NCBI GenBank assembly: GCA_963662315.1
Contig: OY759353.1
Location: 608,001 to 672,000 of the forward strand
Origin: Geopsychrobacteraceae bacterium
GTDB taxonomy: Bacteria > Desulfobacterota > Desulfuromonadia > Desulfuromonadales > Geopsychrobacteraceae
Direction: 5' to 3'
DNA: 64,000 nucleotides
In this document: piece after piece, positions 39,001 through 48,248 of the stretch
Layout: each line of letters opens with the position of its first letter
Position numbering within the stretch: the first letter of the stretch is position 1
Position numbers and translations under genes: made by a program
The notes under the pieces: model-generated
Told to the model about the DNA's origin: nothing
Seen by the model: the letters and a program-made list of their open reading frames with translations, nothing else
The model's database searches: none

Positions 39001-40232
39001 AACCTCAAGAACTGAAATTCATGGCGCTGTTTTCCTCTTCAACAGGGCGCTTTGGGCGTATTGGTCAGATCGATTATGCCATGGCCAATGAAGTTCTTAA
39101 TAAATTTGCAGTCCAGCAGGCTGAAGAGCTGAAGGACTGCCGTATTGTGTCCTTGAACTGGGGCCCCTGGGACGGCGGGATGGTTACGCCTGAACTGAAA
39201 AAGGTCTTTGCCCGCGAAGGGATTGATGTTATCGACCTTGAAGCTGGTGCAGAATACCTGGTTCGTGAACTGGCAACATTGAACGGTCCTGTCGAACTGG
39301 TGATCAGTGGCTGCGATGACAGTGAACTCACTACTGCTGAAACTGTTGAAACGCAGGCCAATCTTTATGTTTCAAAGGCTTTTGATCTGGATCTGTGCAT
39401 TGATCAGTTTCCGTTTCTGAAGTCCCATGTTATTGATGGCAAAGCAGTTTTGCCCATGGCCATAATCGTTGAATGGCTGGCTCATGGAGCGATTCACAAC
39501 AATCCGGGGTTGCGTTTTCAGGGCTTTAATGACCTGCGTGTTCTTAAAGGCGTCATTCTGGACGCAGACAGCAACTACACTCTACAGGTTATGACCGGTA
39601 AGGCGATCAAGAGCGATGGCGTTCATATTGTCCCGGTCGAAATTTCCGGAATTATTGGCGACGGACGCACGGTTCCTCATGCCCGGGCCCGTATCCTGCT
39701 TGCTCAAGCATTGCCTGCTCAGCAACGTCCCATGGAGAAAATGGACCTGACCGCCTACCGGCATCCTTCTGAAACGATTTATCAGCTTGACCAACTGTTC
39801 CACGGACGTGATTTCCAGGGGATTAAGCAGGTTCATGGTTGTTCGGCCCAGGGCATCAGTATTATTGCCGCAGCTGCCCCTCGCCCGGCAGAGTGGATTG
39901 CTCAGCCGTTGCGCAGCAGCTGGTTTGCCGATCCTTTGATTCTGGATAGCAGTTTTCAGTCTCTGATTCTATGGAGTTTTGATCAGTACCAGGCGGGATC
40001 TCTACCTGTATTTGCGGATCGTTATCGGCAATATCGTGATCAGTTCCCCCAGCATGGCGTCGAAATCCGGATCAAGGTTACTGAGCAGTCGAGTCACCGG
40101 GCCCATGCCCGTATTGACTTTGTTGATTCTCAGGACGGGTCCCTGGTCGCACGGATGGATAATTATGAGTGTGTCATCGATCCATCTTTGAACAAGACGT
40201 TTCAGCGCAATAAATTGACTGGAGTTGCCTGA
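33096..40232 (+). CDS. pfaA: PUFA synthase PfaA: KS-MAT-ACPx5-KR-DH
   Basis: KS DAACGSS/HGTGT/GHT, AT FPGQG..GHSYG..AFHS, five LGIDSIKRVEIL motifs, KR SGGARGVT..YAMAN, DH-like HVIDGKAVLP. Confidence 0.95.
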   Translation: MNNNDVKNPQAQSVPLAIVGIGCMFPDAVDAGTFWTNIKTGKDSITEVPDSHWKSEDYYNQDPKAPDQVYAKMGGFLSPVAFNPMDYGILPNAIEAIDTSQLLSLLTVEQALKDSGYLNEREFDRDRVSVILGVTGALELVIPLGARLGHPRWKEALADAGVPADVAADVLQRISDSYVPWQENSFPGLLGNVVAGRISKHFNLGGTNCVVDAACGSSLSALNLAALELAAGRTDMVITGGVDTFNDIFMYTCFSKTPALSPSGHARPYSADSDGTTLGEGLGVVVLKRLADAELAGDKIYAVIKGVGASSDGKGSAIYEPDAKGQAKALRRAYQQAGVDPRTVGLIEGHGTGTRVGDAIEVSAIQDVFGPAESPWCALGSVKSQIGHTKAAAGSAGLIKAALALYHKVLPPTIKVSTPHESLLSATSPLYVNTECRPWPASSTHPRRAGVSALGFGGSNFHCLLEEHVAQKQEVDWDGSVQILPFSGADVATIKVAVQAFPAAGTWHAIRVAADELRLAFDCRAAKRLVLVIDRSMADVRGQFENVVKMLERNQDLDAWDMPDGTCFSGQRAVGKVAVLFPGQGAQYPGMLKDLALAFPQFSEVLNAADQCFCGDNEQGGKLAQLLYPRPQFHDNAAQDAVADLQKTENAQPALGTVSLGALRVLKALGFQAEFFAGHSYGELTALCAAGVISATDLFKLSRLRGELMAAGDGDRGSMLAVSAPLADIEALIKGEGLNLVLANRNTPVQGVLSGATAEIKKAAELLKGRGITCKELTVSAAFHSSLVADAAAPFAAALKQTDFAAAQATVFSNTSGEAYPKAPADMVELLAQQLPSPVDFVKEVHNMYAAGTRYFVEIGPGARLSGMIKSILDGEVFEAIALDSSNGRRSAMHDLARVVAKLSALGITLDLGAWDSGYAARHVSDTKKKPGIVVELCGANYFKKPAKRPARTQQLTVTPAVQQHGKPVESATPIAPVQRTSVAPTAPVTDGVANKASLHEALRMTTQSMQALQSLQDQTAKLHQQFLAGQQSATQSFMQLIQQQQALLQGDASSGNAFQSVQVPIPAVADSAVDQSQSVAFQVPAPVKSQPESVPVAPASSRPVTAPSVSVAPKLLAIIAEKTGYPEEMLDLDMALDSDLGIDSIKRVEILSALQEKLPQAPVIKPEDLGRLQTLGQIVAHIERELPGDSAQQYEPVQVNAGGDRAAISATLLGVIAEKTGYPEEMLELDMALDSDLGIDSIKRVEILSALQERMPELPAVKPEDLGVLQTLGQIVDHLCATAPVTVSSAPAANNGGVDRSAVTATLLGVIAEKTGYPVEMLELGMALDSDLGIDSIKRVEILSALQEQMPELPAVKPEDLGVLQTLGQIVDHLCAGVFAVIKTAGAVVYASSAAVSQNTVTTTLLNVIADKTGYPVEMLELGMALDSDLGIDSIKRVEILSALQEQLPELPTVKPEDLGVLQTLGQIVDHLCAGKKEVAAAPVVPQMGQVARDQVAQTLLNVIADKTGYPVEMLELSMALDSDLGIDSIKRVEILSALQEQLPGVPAIKPEHLGTLQTVVQIVDFLSSVSGNETSPEHEKAHASATGKGIKRQYLSAVTLPKRRDKKDFQFAPGSQIWITDDGSALSDAVCQQLTRHQLIPRKVDVSQLEELEVPDYLSGLVLLAPLKGTNDSFLKNSFRLLQKVLPALDAAAGQGGAILSTVSRINGSFGVEQKRQIGDPLSGGLAGLCKTAALEWPALHSKALDIAVGMEIQPTAETLVQEMLSGGPLEVGVTTQGLTSLELVSEALPRVENDLPLGSDDLILVSGGARGVTAEVAVALARATQATLLLLGRSPLPGEEPAWLASLKDEAAIKKAIIDNAAQPLKPKDVASAYQRICAEREIRSNLDRILRAGGTPVYRSVDLRDNDACKAVINEVCRQYGPVRGLVHGAGVLADKLILEKTSEQFDYVYDTKIVGLRHLFENIEPQELKFMALFSSSTGRFGRIGQIDYAMANEVLNKFAVQQAEELKDCRIVSLNWGPWDGGMVTPELKKVFAREGIDVIDLEAGAEYLVRELATLNGPVELVISGCDDSELTTAETVETQANLYVSKAFDLDLCIDQFPFLKSHVIDGKAVLPMAIIVEWLAHGAIHNNPGLRFQGFNDLRVLKGVILDADSNYTLQVMTGKAIKSDGVHIVPVEISGIIGDGRTVPHARARILLAQALPAQQRPMEKMDLTAYRHPSETIYQLDQLFHGRDFQGIKQVHGCSAQGISIIAAAAPRPAEWIAQPLRSSWFADPLILDSSFQSLILWSFDQYQAGSLPVFADRYRQYRDQFPQHGVEIRIKVTEQSSHRAHARIDFVDSQDGSLVARMDNYECVIDPSLNKTFQRNKLTGVA
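36436..37805 (+). repeat. Five tandem ACP-coding repeats in pfaA
   Basis: D-S codons at about 36525, 36816, 37101, 37395 and 37680 (periods 285-294 nt). Confidence 0.95.
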
Positions 40233-40234
40233 TA

Positions 40235-43200
40235 ATGACTTCGGCACAGTCTGTAGCAATTGTTGGTATCGGGGGGGAATTTCCCAACTCCCCCGATCTG
40301 AAAACCTACTGGAATAATATTGTTCACAATGTCAATACCGCTCAAGAGCCACCTGCCGGCAGGTGGCTTCTTGATGTTGACGCTGTTTATGATTCGCAAC
40401 CGGGAAAGGCCGATAAGGTTTATTCCCGCAAAGCCTGCTTTTTACCCGAAGAAGGTGATGACTCGAGCATTCCGGGGCTGGACCTTGATCCTGACTTTGT
40501 GCGTGGTCTGGACCCGATGTTCCGACTGCTGTTGCGCGTTGGGCAGCAGACTTTGGCTGATGTCCGGGGTAAAGCGCTCAAACGGGATCGGGCGGGGATT
40601 ATCATCGGCAATCTTGCCTTGCCCAGTGAAAAATCTTCTGCTTTGGCCCGGTGTTTTCTCGGCCAGACGTTTGTTGAACAGTTGGGTTCCAAACCCCTGA
40701 GTGTCCCGGAACCCGATGTCGCGCCTATAAATCGCTATGTTGCGGGCCTGCCTGCGGCGGTATTGGCTAAAGCCATCGGCTTTGAACGCACTTGCTTTAC
40801 GGTTGATGCCGCCTGCGCGTCCTCTCTTTATGCCGTTAAACTGGCCATTGATGAACTGATCTGCGGCAGGGCGGATGCGATGCTGGCAGGTGGTTTATCC
40901 CGGCCTGATTCGCTCTATACCCAAATGGGTTTTTCCCAGTTGCATGCGGTCTCACCAACCGGCACTTGTTCCCCTTTCGATAAAAATGGCAATGGCCTGG
41001 TTGTCGGTGAAGGGTGCGGATTGATTCTTCTGAAGCGGACCGAAGATGCTGTCCGCGATGGCGATCATATTTATGGTATTATTCGTGCCGTTGGTCTGTC
41101 TAATGATATTGGCGGAAACCTGCTTGCCCCGGCTTCTGAAGGACAACAACGGGCCATGCGTGCTGCTTATAGGCAAGCAGGCTGGACGCCGGATGATGTC
41201 GATCTGATTGAATGTCATGCGACGGGGACACCGGTCGGTGACAAAGTGGAATTTGAAAGCCTGCAGGAAGTCTGGAAACAACAGGATTGGCGCTATGGAC
41301 AATGTGTCCTTGGTTCTGTTAAGGCCAACATCGGACATTTGCTTACTGCTGCTGGATCTGCAGCCTTGTTGAAAACGGTTTTGTCGTTTCACCATGAAAT
41401 CCTGCCGCCTACCGTGAATCATTCTCAGGCCGGGTCCGGAATTCATCTGGATGCCAGTCCGTTTCGTATTCTCAGCCGGCCGGAACCCTGGCCGCGCCGG
41501 GATGCGCTCACCCCGCGCCGCGCGGCTGTCAGCGCTTTTGGCTTTGGCGGGATCAATGCTCATCTTTTACTTGAAGAATATATCCCTAATAGCCTGAAAA
41601 AGAATCCTGTTCGCTTGCATCCCTCCGTCACGGGAAGACAACAGCCTGTGGCCATTGTCGGCATTGCCGCGTCCGCCGGTCCATGGCAAAACACAATGGA
41701 TATAAAACGTCAGCTGTTTGGTTCTCCCCATGATAGCAAGCCGGAGAACCTTAATGATTGGTGGGGAACCGAGGATAGCCGCTGGTTTGGACAACTGAAT
41801 AATTCAGGTTCGTCACCACAGGGATATCCCATTGACACGGTTACGGTTGCTCCCGGTGAATTCAGGATTCCACCTCTCGAGTTAAAGGAGATGTTGCCGC
41901 GCCAGTTGCTGATGTTGAAAGTAGCCGCACAGGCGCTCAAAGATGCTCACCTCGACAAGGCTGATCTGCTCTTTTCAGGGGTTTATATCGGTTGTGGGCT
42001 CGATTTAAATGCAACCAATTTCAGTTTTCGCTGGGGGATCGAAAAGTACGCGCCACTGTGGGCACAGGAACTTGGATTCAACCTAGATGCTGAACAGCTT
42101 AAACAGTGGGTTGCTCAGCTCAGAGAGAGTGCCGGACCGGCCCTGACGGCTAACCGAACCATGGGGGCTCTGGGGAGTACTGTGGCGAGTCGCATTGCCA
42201 AAGAATTTAAAGTCGGCGGACCCAGCTTTACACTGTCCTGCGAAGAAACGTCAGGCGTGAAAGCGCTCGAGGTTGGTGTGCATGCTCTGCAGGATGGCAG
42301 CATCAATCATGCTATTGTCGGTGCGGTAGATTTTGGCAGCGATCTTCGGTCCGTTATCCCCAGTCGCTTTACCCGTGAAGAGCCTAATCTCGCGGTTCCG
42401 ACCGATGGTGCTGTTGCTTTGGTCCTTAAACGTCTCGAAGACGCCGTTCAGGACAAGGACCGTGTTTACGCTGTTATTGGTGGAACCGATTCCTCTATCT
42501 GCGCAGGAGATTCTGAGTGTTTCAGGAAACAGGCGACCAAGTGTTTTGACTCCTTTAAGCGCTCAAGTGGTGTTAATGTCACTGGCCATTCAGCAATAAT
42601 CCGTTCCAGAAGGGCGTCCGATCTGGTCGTTACTGACATGGCCTCGCTGCTGTCTGAAGAGCCAACTGGGTCGGCTTCGATTAAGCAGACGACCGATTAT
42701 TTTGTCGGCGATTCTGGTGCTGTTGCTGGACTGCTTGCTGTTGTACAGGGAGCTTTTGCCCTATATCATAAAATTGTTCCTGGTTCTGCTTTGGACCGGA
42801 GAGGATTGTCTCCCCAATACTGGTTAACCAACAAATGTGAAGGTGACCGTCATCTGCTCGTTTATGACTGCGGTCCCGATGGCAGTGCCGCCCTGGTTCT
42901 TCTGCAGGAAAGTAAAGCCTGGGAACACCATGACTCCTTGCCGCCTGATATGTTTGTTCCGCACGCTGAGGGACTTTTTGTTCTGGAGGGTCAAAATGCT
43001 GCCGAGCTTATTGAGCGTTGTGATGCTTTACTTGACTTCAGCGGCTCAGGGGCAGACTTGCCCATTTCCGCATTAGCCTCCCGGTGGTACCAAAGGGTCA
43101 AGCGTCCCGTCCAGGCAAAACTTCATGTGTGTCTTGTTGCTGCCACGCATTCTGAATTGCATGAGCTGTTGGCTTTTACCAGAAAGTCCCTGGTCGAACA

Positions 43201-46200
43201 CCCGGACCAGGCTATTGGGAGTTTTGGTGGTCTTCAACTGTCACCTGCGATGCGGGACCGTATCTTTTATGCTCCGCAGCCTCTGGCACACGCCGGGAAA
43301 ACCGCTTTTATCTTTCCTGGTTCGGGTAATCATTTTGCCGGAATGGGGCAGGAATTGGCACTATTGTGGCCTGAGGTTTATCAGCGCCAGGAACAGACCA
43401 GCGATTATCTTGCCAACCAGTATCAACCGTGGCATTTCTGGAACGGGGAACTGAAACCGGAGATCCAACGGGACCATAATGCCCTGGTTATCTCTCACGT
43501 TGCCTTGTGTACCGCCCTGCATGATTTGCTGCGGCGGTTTAACATTCATCCGCAAATGATCAGTGGCTACAGCCTTGGAGAATCGTCCGGTCTCTTTTCA
43601 AGCGGGGCTTGGGTCGATCGTGACGGCATGCTGAATCGTCTGCAAAAATCGCCACTGTTTTCCCATGATCTTGGTGGGGAGTGCCGCGCAGCGCGACGTA
43701 TCTGGAATCTGCCCCAGGGGGAAGCTGTCGATTGGACACTTGGTATAGTCAATGCGTCCGAGGAGCAAGTCAGGTCTGTTATTGTTGATATTCCACGCGC
43801 TTATCTGTTGATTGTTAATAGTTATCGTGAATGTGTTATTGGTGGGCAGCGTCAGGCTGTTGAAAAAGTTATTGCTGCTTTAGGCTGTCATTTTATCCCC
43901 CTTGAAGGCGTGACGACCGTTCATTGTGAAGTTACCAAAGCGGTTGCTGATGCGTATCGCGCTTTGCACCTGTTTCCGGTAACGGCTCCAAAACAGGTCG
44001 ATTACTATAGCTGTGCTCTTGGTAAAAAATACCCGCTGACGCCTGAAAACGCTGCCGATGTCATTTTGGCCCAGGCCCTCGATACTATCGATTATCCGCG
44101 CGTTATCGAGCAGTTGTACGCTGATGGTGCGCGCCTGTTTATTGAAGTGGGGCCAGGGAACTCCTGCAGCCGCATGATTACAAGTATTCTCGGTGATAAG
44201 GCGCATCTTGCCCGTTCTTTCTGCGCGCGTGGTGCCAGCCAGTACGGTCAGTTGCTGCGTATGCTTGGCCACTGCCTTGCTGAGGGTGTCAATGTCGACC
44301 TGGCGCCGCTGTTCAGCAAGCTGTCAACAAATGACGCCAGTGGGACTGAGGACAAAGCACGGCAGATTAATGTTCGGCTTAATCGTGATAAATTTGCTCC
44401 GCAGCTGCCACGGATAAAGAAGGTGACTCCTTTAACAAAAGTGCCAAAAGTCGAAGAACAAGGTCGCGTGGAACAAACTTCTGTGCAGCATTCTGCTCCT
44501 GCCGGTGTTACCGCAACCTTCAGCGACACCGGGACATCATCCTTGATCAGGAATTTCCAGGATTCTTTAGCCAGTAGTGCACTAGCCCATGAAGAATTCC
44601 TTGCTTTTAGTAAGACCATGGAAGAAGCGATGGCGCTTAATATTCAACAGCAAATGCAACTGCTGCACAATATGGATGGGGTCGGGCTGGATTATTCTGA
44701 TCTCGGTTTGGGCATCGCTGAAACACTTTCACCGCTTATTCAAGAATCTCCTCAGGTCAAGCGTGCCGATGTTGCTTTCGATCGCGCTATGTGCATGGAA
44801 TTTGCCATCGGTTCGGTTGGAAAAATGCTCGGACCCGAATTCGCTCCGGTTGATCAGTTCCCGACCCGGGTCAGGCTGCCCGATGAACCACTGATGCTGG
44901 TCGACCGGATCATGCTTGTCGAGGGTGAGCCACGTTCTTTGACTCATGGCCGGGTGGTAACGGAGCACGATGTCACCAGCGATCGCTGGTACCTTGATGG
45001 CAACCGGATTCCGACCTGTGTTGCCGTCGAAGCAGGGCAGGCGGATCTGTTCCTGTCCGGTTACCTGGGGATCGATTTTATTACGAAGGGGAAAGCGGTC
45101 TATCGTCTGCTTGATGCCGTGGTCACCTTTCATCGGGGCCTGCCACAACCTGGTGATGTCATTCGCTACGATATTAAAATCGAGCGTTTCTTCCGTCAGG
45201 ATCAGACCTATCTGTTCCGTTTCAATTTTGAAGGGACGGTTAACGGAGAACCGCTGCTGTCTATGGAAAAGGGGTGTGCCGGATTCTTTAGCGCGGAAGA
45301 ACTTGCCGCCGGTAAAGGTATCGTGCATACCAAACTGGACCTGATGCCTAAAGCAGGGAAGCTTCCGGCAGACTGGCAGGAGCTGGTCCCCCTGCAGGTC
45401 GAAGCATACAATGAAGCTCAGGTTAATGCTCTTTACGCGGGTGATATCGCCGGCTGCTTCGGTCCGCTTTTTCACCAACTGGCTCTGCGGCAGCCCTATA
45501 CCTTGCCAGGCGGAAAGCTTAAACTGGTCGATCGTGTCACCAGACTTGATCCACATGGTGGGCGTTACGGACTGGGGCAGATCAGTGCTGAAATGGATAT
45601 TGACCCCAAGGACTGGTTCCTGACCTGTCACTTTGTCGATGACCGGGTTATGCCCGGCACCCTCATGTATGAATGCTGTATGCATACGCTGCGCATTTAC
45701 CTGCTGCGGATGGGGTGGATCGGCGAAGAAGGGCAGACCTGGTGTGAACCGGTGCCCGGCGTCGCCAGTGGGCTTAAATGTCGTGGTCAGGTCACTGAAA
45801 CTACCAGGACGGTGACGTACCAGGTAAGTATCAAGGAGCTTGGCTACGGTCCGGAGCCGTTTGCCATTGTTGATGCCCTGATGTTTGCCGATGGGCATCC
45901 TATTGTTGAAATTCCCGATATGTCGGTCCGCTTAGCCGGTTTGGATCGCCACATGGTCGAGTCATTGTGGCAGGGGCGGACCTCAGCGGCTGTGGTTAAG
46001 AAAGAACGTAAGGTTCTTTATGATACCGACAGAATCACCGCTTTTGCCATCGGTAATCCGTCGGATGCTTTCGGTGAGCCGTACCGGGTTTTTGATCATG
46101 ACCGTAAAATAGCCCGTTTGCCGGGGCCTCCATTCCAGTTTCTTGATCGTATTGTCGAGCTTTCCGGTGAACCATGGAAACTGGTTGAGGGTGCCTCAGT

Positions 46201-47086
46201 TGTTTCCGAATATGATGTGCCTGTCGATGCCTGGTATTTTGCGGCCGGGCGACAGCCCGAAATGCCGTTCAGTGTTCTGCTTGAGATCGGCCTGCAACCC
46301 TGCGGCTGGTTGGCAGCCTATCTCGGTTCGGCGCTGACCAGCGAGGTTGATCTGTGTTTCCGTAACCTTGATGGTAATGCTGTTCAACTACGGGCCGTAA
46401 CCCCACAGACCGGTACTCTGTCGGTTGCAGTTACCATCACCCGGGTGGCCAGCAGCGGCGGGATGATTATTCAAGGGTATGATTTCACGGTGAGTGACCA
46501 GCAAGGTCCCGTTTACCAGGGGGACACTGTCTTTGGCTTCTTCTCCAAGGAAGCGTTAGCCCAGCAGGTTGGCGTACGTGGCGCTCAGCTGTACCAGGCG
46601 CATAGCACTGAAACAAGCCGCGCACAGAGCTTCCCATATCCGCAGGAAAGACCTTTCCCTGCGCCCCAGATGCGCATGGTTGACCATATTGATCTGTTTG
46701 TCGCGGATGGAGGCCCCAAAGGGCTTGGCTATATCCGTGGCAGCAAGCAGGTTGATCCCGGTGAATGGTTCTTTAAGGCCCACTTCTATCAGGATCCGGT
46801 CTGCCCCGGATCTTTGGGGTTGGAATCCTATCTGCAATTATTGAAAGTGGTTGCCGCGCAGCGTTGGGGCGTTGATGAGAACAGCTGTTTTGAAACGATT
46901 GCGCGCGGCATGAAGCATAGCTGGAACTATCGCGGTCAGGTGATTCCTGCCAATAATCAGGTTGTTATTGAGGCCGTTGTTACAGCAATTGATGATGAAC
47001 AGCAGCTGATTACGGCTGACGGATATCTGGCGGTCGATGGCAAAGTCATCTATCAAATGAAAAACTTTACCCTGAGATTACATTGA
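40235..47086 (+). CDS. pfaBC: PUFA synthase PfaB/C fusion: KS-CLF-AT-FabA-like DH domains
   Basis: KS DAACASS/HATGT/GHL. Second KS has SCEETSG (Glu in place of Cys, CLF). AT FPGSG..GYSLGE. FabA DH motifs HFVDDRVMPGTL and HFYQDPVCPGSLG. Confidence 0.93.
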   Translation: MTSAQSVAIVGIGGEFPNSPDLKTYWNNIVHNVNTAQEPPAGRWLLDVDAVYDSQPGKADKVYSRKACFLPEEGDDSSIPGLDLDPDFVRGLDPMFRLLLRVGQQTLADVRGKALKRDRAGIIIGNLALPSEKSSALARCFLGQTFVEQLGSKPLSVPEPDVAPINRYVAGLPAAVLAKAIGFERTCFTVDAACASSLYAVKLAIDELICGRADAMLAGGLSRPDSLYTQMGFSQLHAVSPTGTCSPFDKNGNGLVVGEGCGLILLKRTEDAVRDGDHIYGIIRAVGLSNDIGGNLLAPASEGQQRAMRAAYRQAGWTPDDVDLIECHATGTPVGDKVEFESLQEVWKQQDWRYGQCVLGSVKANIGHLLTAAGSAALLKTVLSFHHEILPPTVNHSQAGSGIHLDASPFRILSRPEPWPRRDALTPRRAAVSAFGFGGINAHLLLEEYIPNSLKKNPVRLHPSVTGRQQPVAIVGIAASAGPWQNTMDIKRQLFGSPHDSKPENLNDWWGTEDSRWFGQLNNSGSSPQGYPIDTVTVAPGEFRIPPLELKEMLPRQLLMLKVAAQALKDAHLDKADLLFSGVYIGCGLDLNATNFSFRWGIEKYAPLWAQELGFNLDAEQLKQWVAQLRESAGPALTANRTMGALGSTVASRIAKEFKVGGPSFTLSCEETSGVKALEVGVHALQDGSINHAIVGAVDFGSDLRSVIPSRFTREEPNLAVPTDGAVALVLKRLEDAVQDKDRVYAVIGGTDSSICAGDSECFRKQATKCFDSFKRSSGVNVTGHSAIIRSRRASDLVVTDMASLLSEEPTGSASIKQTTDYFVGDSGAVAGLLAVVQGAFALYHKIVPGSALDRRGLSPQYWLTNKCEGDRHLLVYDCGPDGSAALVLLQESKAWEHHDSLPPDMFVPHAEGLFVLEGQNAAELIERCDALLDFSGSGADLPISALASRWYQRVKRPVQAKLHVCLVAATHSELHELLAFTRKSLVEHPDQAIGSFGGLQLSPAMRDRIFYAPQPLAHAGKTAFIFPGSGNHFAGMGQELALLWPEVYQRQEQTSDYLANQYQPWHFWNGELKPEIQRDHNALVISHVALCTALHDLLRRFNIHPQMISGYSLGESSGLFSSGAWVDRDGMLNRLQKSPLFSHDLGGECRAARRIWNLPQGEAVDWTLGIVNASEEQVRSVIVDIPRAYLLIVNSYRECVIGGQRQAVEKVIAALGCHFIPLEGVTTVHCEVTKAVADAYRALHLFPVTAPKQVDYYSCALGKKYPLTPENAADVILAQALDTIDYPRVIEQLYADGARLFIEVGPGNSCSRMITSILGDKAHLARSFCARGASQYGQLLRMLGHCLAEGVNVDLAPLFSKLSTNDASGTEDKARQINVRLNRDKFAPQLPRIKKVTPLTKVPKVEEQGRVEQTSVQHSAPAGVTATFSDTGTSSLIRNFQDSLASSALAHEEFLAFSKTMEEAMALNIQQQMQLLHNMDGVGLDYSDLGLGIAETLSPLIQESPQVKRADVAFDRAMCMEFAIGSVGKMLGPEFAPVDQFPTRVRLPDEPLMLVDRIMLVEGEPRSLTHGRVVTEHDVTSDRWYLDGNRIPTCVAVEAGQADLFLSGYLGIDFITKGKAVYRLLDAVVTFHRGLPQPGDVIRYDIKIERFFRQDQTYLFRFNFEGTVNGEPLLSMEKGCAGFFSAEELAAGKGIVHTKLDLMPKAGKLPADWQELVPLQVEAYNEAQVNALYAGDIAGCFGPLFHQLALRQPYTLPGGKLKLVDRVTRLDPHGGRYGLGQISAEMDIDPKDWFLTCHFVDDRVMPGTLMYECCMHTLRIYLLRMGWIGEEGQTWCEPVPGVASGLKCRGQVTETTRTVTYQVSIKELGYGPEPFAIVDALMFADGHPIVEIPDMSVRLAGLDRHMVESLWQGRTSAAVVKKERKVLYDTDRITAFAIGNPSDAFGEPYRVFDHDRKIARLPGPPFQFLDRIVELSGEPWKLVEGASVVSEYDVPVDAWYFAAGRQPEMPFSVLLEIGLQPCGWLAAYLGSALTSEVDLCFRNLDGNAVQLRAVTPQTGTLSVAVTITRVASSGGMIIQGYDFTVSDQQGPVYQGDTVFGFFSKEALAQQVGVRGAQLYQAHSTETSRAQSFPYPQERPFPAPQMRMVDHIDLFVADGGPKGLGYIRGSKQVDPGEWFFKAHFYQDPVCPGSLGLESYLQLLKVVAAQRWGVDENSCFETIARGMKHSWNYRGQVIPANNQVVIEAVVTAIDDEQQLITADGYLAVDGKVIYQMKNFTLRLH

Positions 47087-47204
47087 GTTGAAATGTATAA
47101 TCTCGCAAAAAACTGTTAGTGTGACTTCACCTTCGACGGTTTTCATGCTAAAAGAGCGTTCCAAACAGATCCTGATAACCTTTTACACGGCAAGTTGACG
47201 GTTA

Positions 47205-48248
47205 ATGAAATATTCAAAAGTTTACCTCGAATCTGTGGGCTATGAATTAGCTCCAATCGTAATGACCTCAAGTGAACTCGAGGGGCGTATTGCTCCGGTT
47301 TACGAAAAATTGCATATCGCACCAGGGCAGTTGGAAGCTTTGACCGGCATCCGCGAACGACGCTGGTGGAAACCGGGAACCCCGGTATCTCATGGTGCGA
47401 TTGCCGCGGCTAAAAAATGTTTGCAGGAACGCAATATCGCTCCTGAAGATATCGGTGCCGTGGTGTATGCCGGTGTCTGTCGGGAATACTTTGAGCCTGC
47501 CACTGCCTGCCATGTCGCTGCGGAGTTGGGTGTGCAGGGCAGTGCTGCTGTTTACGATATCTCCAATGCCTGCCTCGGGGTTCTTAACGGAGTTCTTGAT
47601 ATTGCCAACCGGATTGAATTGGGACAGATTCGCTGCGGTCTGGTTGTCGCTTGTGAAAGCAGTCGCGAAATCAATGAGATCATGATCAAGCAAATGCTTG
47701 ATAACCCAAGCATGGAACTGTTTACCCGTTCGCTTGCTACGTTGACCGGTGGCTCCGGGGCCGCTGCAGTCCTGTTGTCTGATGGCTCTTTCTCGCCGGT
47801 TCGTAAACCACGCTTGCTGGGAGGCGTCAATATCGCCGAGCCTCAACACAACGCCTTGTGCCGTTGGGGAATCAGAAGTGAAGCGGATGGGACTCATACC
47901 CCGTTTATGAATACCGATGCTGTTTCGGTCATGAAGTATGGCGTTGAGCTTGGTAAGAAAACCTGGGAAGCATTCACCCGTGAACTGGGTATCACCAGTG
48001 AACGGATTGATCGGGTTATCTGTCATCAGGTGGGTGAGGCTCACCAGCGTCTGATCCTGCAGTCGATCGGGGTCGATCCCGGCAAGGATTTTCCCACTTT
48101 TGAGTTCCTGGGCAATATGGGAACTGTTTCTCTGCCGATTACGGCAGCTATTGCCAAGGAGCGGGATATGATTCGTCCAGGTAACCTGGTTGGTTTCTTA
48201 GGGATCGGGAGTGGTTTGAACTGTCTGATGTTGGCGGTGCAATGGTGA
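47205..48248 (+). CDS. oleA: Acyl-CoA head-to-head condensing thiolase OleA
   Basis: LEALTGIRERRWW, EPATA, SNACLG, ATLTGGSGA, CHQVG, LGNMG, GIGSGLNC. Confidence 0.92.
   Translation: MKYSKVYLESVGYELAPIVMTSSELEGRIAPVYEKLHIAPGQLEALTGIRERRWWKPGTPVSHGAIAAAKKCLQERNIAPEDIGAVVYAGVCREYFEPATACHVAAELGVQGSAAVYDISNACLGVLNGVLDIANRIELGQIRCGLVVACESSREINEIMIKQMLDNPSMELFTRSLATLTGGSGAAAVLLSDGSFSPVRKPRLLGGVNIAEPQHNALCRWGIRSEADGTHTPFMNTDAVSVMKYGVELGKKTWEAFTRELGITSERIDRVICHQVGEAHQRLILQSIGVDPGKDFPTFEFLGNMGTVSLPITAAIAKERDMIRPGNLVGFLGIGSGLNCLMLAVQW

Noticed and set aside
44729..45898. 389-aa minus-strand ORF (and similar ones at 47268-48044, 53127-53930, 55860-56576)
   Set aside because: Antisense shadows of well-supported genes, with no recognisable motifs.
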